This document shows, piece by piece, positions 60,323 to 64,000 of a stretch of 64,000 nt of DNA; position 1 is the stretch's first letter; every line of letters starts with the position of its first letter. Source of the DNA: Sedimentisphaerales bacterium (GTDB taxonomy: Bacteria > Planctomycetota > Phycisphaerae > Sedimentisphaerales > SM23-30); assembly GCA_963663965.2 (NCBI GenBank), contig CAXXFK010000020.1:64001-128000 (forward strand), given 5' to 3'. The notes below the pieces were generated by a model. It ran no database searches and was not told the origin of the DNA. It was given only the letters and a program-made list of their open reading frames with translations. A program made the position numbers and the translations under genes.

Positions 60323-63300
60323 ATGAACATGACGATGAAACTGTGGATATGGATCGGGTGTATTTCAGTAGTGGGAATTTTGGGTGGCTGGTCCGGGGCA
60401 CACGTGGGCGGTCTGGATGCGTTGCAATCGGATTTTCAGCAGCCGCCGGCGGATACGCGACCGGGCTGTTACTGGTACTGGATCAATGACAATATCAGTA
60501 AAGCGGGGATCAGTAAAGATTTAGAGGCGATGGCACGGGTGGGGATTGGCCGGGCTTATATCGGCCATATTTTTAACTACGGTGGGCCCAATGATACCCC
60601 GGTTGGGGATGTTCAGTTTATGACCGAGGCATGGTGGGAGGCGGTACAATGGGCGGTCAAGGAAGGTGACCGGTGCGGGGTCGAAATTGGATTTTTTAAT
60701 TCGCCGGGCTGGTCGCAATCGGGCGGACCGTGGGTTGGGACGGATCAATCGATGCGGTTTCTGGCCTACAGCGAAACGGTTGTTCAGGGAGGAAAGCGGG
60801 TTGATCAGGTTATTCCGGCGCCGGAGATTACCACTTATCCGAACGCCGGCGGTTCCAGGGCGGAGGCCACTGCGGGCCGTTTTACGGAAAAGGAGTTTCA
60901 GGATGTGCGCCTGATCGCATTCCGGCGGCCGGAAACGGAAACCAACGATATTAACATGAAACAGGTGAAAGTGACCTGCCAGGATATTGCCGACATTCAG
61001 AATCTGCTGGATGGCTCGGCAGAAACCGCTATCACATTGCCGGGCAATAAAGATTGTGTCATCAACCTGGTACTACCGGATAGCGCGTTAACCAGATCGG
61101 GTATACAGCATATTGGTATCAAACCGCTGGACTGGGGTTATCATTTGCGTTGCCGGGTGGAAAGCTCCGAGGATGGCCAAACCTGGCGGCAGGTGGGTGA
61201 CTATACTGAAGAGCGGGGCCATCAGGGAGCGAAAAATCGCGATCTGCTGGTGGCGCCGGTCAGCGCGACCAAGGCGAAGTATTTACGGTTAACGTTATGG
61301 GCGAATAAGGCAATCCGGCTGGCCGAATTAACGGTGAGCCGGGGCGCGGCGCTGGGCGGGTATGTCCGAAAACAACTGGGTGAAACCAGTCCATCTACCC
61401 GGCCGGCCTGGAATGCTTATCTCTGGGAAGCACAGGCAGAACCGATCCAGGATTCTGTCGTTGTTTCAGATGATGCCATTGATCTGACGGATAAGATGGA
61501 CAAGACCGGGCGGCTGGTCTGGAACGCGCCCCCGGGACAATGGGTGGTGTTGCGGATGGGTATGGCGCCTACGGGAACGATGTGCGCGCCGGCCAGTCCG
61601 GAAAGCCGCGGGCTGGAAGTGGATAAGATGAACAAAGCCCATGTGCGCAGTCTGTTCGATGGGATGGTGGGCGAATTTCTGCGCCGAACACCACCGGCGG
61701 AGCGCAAGGCATTAAAATATGTGATCGCGGACAGCTATGAAACCGGTCCGCAGAACTGGACGGATGATTTTATCAGTAAGTTTCAAAAGCGATACGGATA
61801 TTCCCCGGAACGTTATCTGCCCGTATTGACCGGGCGGGTAGTCGACAGCGCGGAAATTTCGAACCGGTTTCTGTGGGATATGCGCCGGTTGATCGTGGAA
61901 TCCATCGCTTATGACTATGTTGGCGGTTTGCGGGAGGTGGCGAATGAAAACGACCTGACCGTCTGGCTGGAAAACTATGGGCACTGGGGTTTTCCATCGG
62001 AATTTCTGCTTTACGGGTCGCAGACCAATCAGGTGGGTGCGGAATTCTGGGCCACCAACAATCCGCTGGGCAATGTGGAATGCCGCGCGGCGGCCAGTTG
62101 CGCCCATACGTATGGCAAAGACAGTGTGTATGCCGAGGCGTTTACCTCGGGAGTTAACTTCAAGCACAGTCTGGCCTCGCTCAAAAACTGGTGCGACTGG
62201 GTTTATGGCGCGGGTGTCAATCACCTGATACTGCATGTTTATATCCATCAGCCGGATGAACGAAAGCCGGGCATTATCCAGTGGTTTGGCACGGCGTTCA
62301 ATCGACACAATACCTGGTTTGAGCAGTCCGGGCCGTTTATCGATTACACACGCCGCTGCTCGGTGATGCTGAAAGCCGGCCTGCCGGTGATCGATGTGGC
62401 ATATTATATCGGGGAGGATGCCCCCATGATGCAGGGGCCGCGCGATCCGGGTTTGCCGGATGGTTATGATTTCGATTATATCAATTCTGACGCTCTGATT
62501 AAGCGGGCAACGGTGAAAGCCGGCCGGATTGTCATGCCGGATGGTCCCTCTTACGCGGTCCTGGTCTTGCCCCGGTTAACAACGATGCGACCGGAAGTGG
62601 CGCGGGCGATCATGAAACTGGTGCAGGCGGGCGCGACGATCATCGGCCCGCGACCGCAGGTCAGTCCTTCCTTACAGAATTATCCACAGTGTGACCTGCA
62701 AATCGCCCAGATCGCCCGGGATGTCTGGGGTTCTATTGACGGCAAGGCCATTATCTCGCGGCAATTTGGCCAGGGAAGGGTCTATGATGGCGTCGAGCTG
62801 GATACTGTGCTGAGGATGTTGGGTATTGCTGCGGATGTCAGCGTGGTCGAGAACGAGAAGTTATTATGTTCGGCCGCGGGCGCCGGCAAGATCGGGATCG
62901 GGGGTCAGGGTGGACTGGTTTATAAACACCGTAAAGTGGGAGAGGCTGACATTTATTTTCTGGCGAATACTTCCGGCGCTGCGGTCGATTTTGTGGCGTC
63001 ATTGCGTCAATCGGGATTACGGCCCTGGCTGTGGGATGCCATAACCGGGACAATGCAGCCGGCGGCGGCTTTCAGTCAGCGGGAAGGCCGTACGCTGGTT
63101 CCGCTGCATCTGGAGCCTTCGGAAAGTGTGTTTGTCGTACTGGATGGTAAGATTGGCGGGAATATCAAAGGTCCTGGCGATACCAATGAGCCGGCCTATC
63201 AAACGGTTGCGGCCCTGGATGGTGAATGGATGGTTCATTTCAACGGGCAAGGCGCTCCGGAGACTATGGTGTTCGACAGTCTGACCGACTGGTCTAAAAA

Positions 63301-63682
63301 CGAGAATTTGGCCATCCGGCATTACGCCGGGACTGCCGTTTATCAGAAAACATTCAATCTGGATCAGGCGGTGGTCGACAAACCGCTGATGCTGGAACTG
63401 GGTGAAGCGGGTGTGATCGCGACGGTCTATGTCAATGGCCAGCGGGCCGGTACGGCCTGGACCACACCCTGGAGCGTTGAGATATCCGGCCTGGTTAAGA
63501 GCGGAGAGAATGAGCTCGAAATCCGGGTAGCCAACACCTGGAATAACCGGCTGGTGGGCGACGCCGCCCTGCCGCAGGAGCAACGGCAGAGTTATGTGTC
63601 GCAGCCTTACCGGTTTGACAAAAACGCGCCCCTGGTCAAGAGCGGATTGATGGGCCCGGTGGTGGTGAAATGCCAGCAATAA
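60323..63682 (+). CDS. Secreted GH106 alpha-L-rhamnosidase-like glycoside hydrolase
   Basis: YWYWINDNISK.GI..DLEAM, PGWSQSGGPW, GLEVDKM, DSYE, AEAFT, C-terminal EIRVANTW.NRL; GAGG RBS. Confidence 0.88.
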   Translation: MNMTMKLWIWIGCISVVGILGGWSGAHVGGLDALQSDFQQPPADTRPGCYWYWINDNISKAGISKDLEAMARVGIGRAYIGHIFNYGGPNDTPVGDVQFMTEAWWEAVQWAVKEGDRCGVEIGFFNSPGWSQSGGPWVGTDQSMRFLAYSETVVQGGKRVDQVIPAPEITTYPNAGGSRAEATAGRFTEKEFQDVRLIAFRRPETETNDINMKQVKVTCQDIADIQNLLDGSAETAITLPGNKDCVINLVLPDSALTRSGIQHIGIKPLDWGYHLRCRVESSEDGQTWRQVGDYTEERGHQGAKNRDLLVAPVSATKAKYLRLTLWANKAIRLAELTVSRGAALGGYVRKQLGETSPSTRPAWNAYLWEAQAEPIQDSVVVSDDAIDLTDKMDKTGRLVWNAPPGQWVVLRMGMAPTGTMCAPASPESRGLEVDKMNKAHVRSLFDGMVGEFLRRTPPAERKALKYVIADSYETGPQNWTDDFISKFQKRYGYSPERYLPVLTGRVVDSAEISNRFLWDMRRLIVESIAYDYVGGLREVANENDLTVWLENYGHWGFPSEFLLYGSQTNQVGAEFWATNNPLGNVECRAAASCAHTYGKDSVYAEAFTSGVNFKHSLASLKNWCDWVYGAGVNHLILHVYIHQPDERKPGIIQWFGTAFNRHNTWFEQSGPFIDYTRRCSVMLKAGLPVIDVAYYIGEDAPMMQGPRDPGLPDGYDFDYINSDALIKRATVKAGRIVMPDGPSYAVLVLPRLTTMRPEVARAIMKLVQAGATIIGPRPQVSPSLQNYPQCDLQIAQIARDVWGSIDGKAIISRQFGQGRVYDGVELDTVLRMLGIAADVSVVENEKLLCSAAGAGKIGIGGQGGLVYKHRKVGEADIYFLANTSGAAVDFVASLRQSGLRPWLWDAITGTMQPAAAFSQREGRTLVPLHLEPSESVFVVLDGKIGGNIKGPGDTNEPAYQTVAALDGEWMVHFNGQGAPETMVFDSLTDWSKNENLAIRHYAGTAVYQKTFNLDQAVVDKPLMLELGEAGVIATVYVNGQRAGTAWTTPWSVEISGLVKSGENELEIRVANTWNNRLVGDAALPQEQRQSYVSQPYRFDKNAPLVKSGLMGPVVVKCQQ

Positions 63683-63709
63683 CCGGTTAAAAATTTTTGC
63701 AGATCGATG

Positions 63710-63751
63710 ACAGGCGTCCCGAATGTTATTTTCGGGACGCCTGTTTCTTTT
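63710..63751. terminator. Intrinsic terminator between convergent genes
   Basis: ACAGGCGTCCCGAA...TTCGGGACGCCTGT + T-run. Confidence 0.85.
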
Positions 63752-63754
63752 CAC

Positions 63755-64000
63755 TTAACGGGCTTGACAGGACTCAAGCGGGCTTGATTCGATCTGTTCA
63801 TTCAATCGGTCCAGATGTTCAAAAAGTGAGTCAGTCAGGATCTGGAACTGGTGGTATTCTTCATAGGCTTGATTGATATTTTTGTTTTCGATCAACTGAG
63901 CGATCTGGCGGGCCTTATCGTGAATCTGGCAATGAACGCTGCCCAATTGCCGGAATACCTCCAGCGGGCCGAATTGTGCGGTTCCTTCGTTATCGTACCA
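63755..64000 (-). CDS. C-terminus of a CZB (chemoreceptor zinc-binding) domain protein, truncated by window edge
   Basis: WYDNEGTAQFG..EVFRQL..VHCQIH matches the CZB WY...G...F..L...H...H pattern. Confidence 0.7.
   Translation of the reverse strand, partial: WYDNEGTAQFGPLEVFRQLGSVHCQIHDKARQIAQLIENKNINQAYEEYHQFQILTDSLFEHLDRLNEQIESSPLESCQAR

Overview
Chromosomal segment of an anaerobic, polysaccharide-degrading planctomycete, most likely class Phycisphaerae (Sedimentisphaerales-like). This is inferred from dockerin-tagged secreted proteins, prepilin/H-X9-DG proteins, an ECF-FecR pair, an HTH-PTS IIA fusion and PFOR. Housekeeping genes (murJ, two periplasmic chaperone/PPIase genes, topA, uup, tkt, nifJ/PFOR, purD, nnrE) are interleaved with many CAZymes (clan GH-A fragment, GH78, GH10, two GH29, GH95, GH71/99-like, GH106), signalling genes and secreted proteins. 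No rRNA, tRNA, CRISPR array, integrase or transposase was seen. Best leads: (1) an ECF sigma/FecR locus in which the anti-sigma C-terminal domain is homologous to the N-terminal domain of the two secreted proteins encoded downstream; (2) a stand-alone ~165-nt RNA candidate with its own sigma70 promoter and terminator (~39830-40030, minus strand); (3) a 35-bp intergenic motif present three times, each preceded by a 29-bp quasi-palindrome that recurs about ten times; (4) ~80-bp direct repeats bracketing a single dockerin gene; (5) a dockerin-bearing DUF6345-like protein with a clan-CD-like His/Cys dyad. Two homopolymer frameshifts (GH78, tkt) suggest assembly indel errors. All family assignments come from motif recognition by eye; no searches were run.
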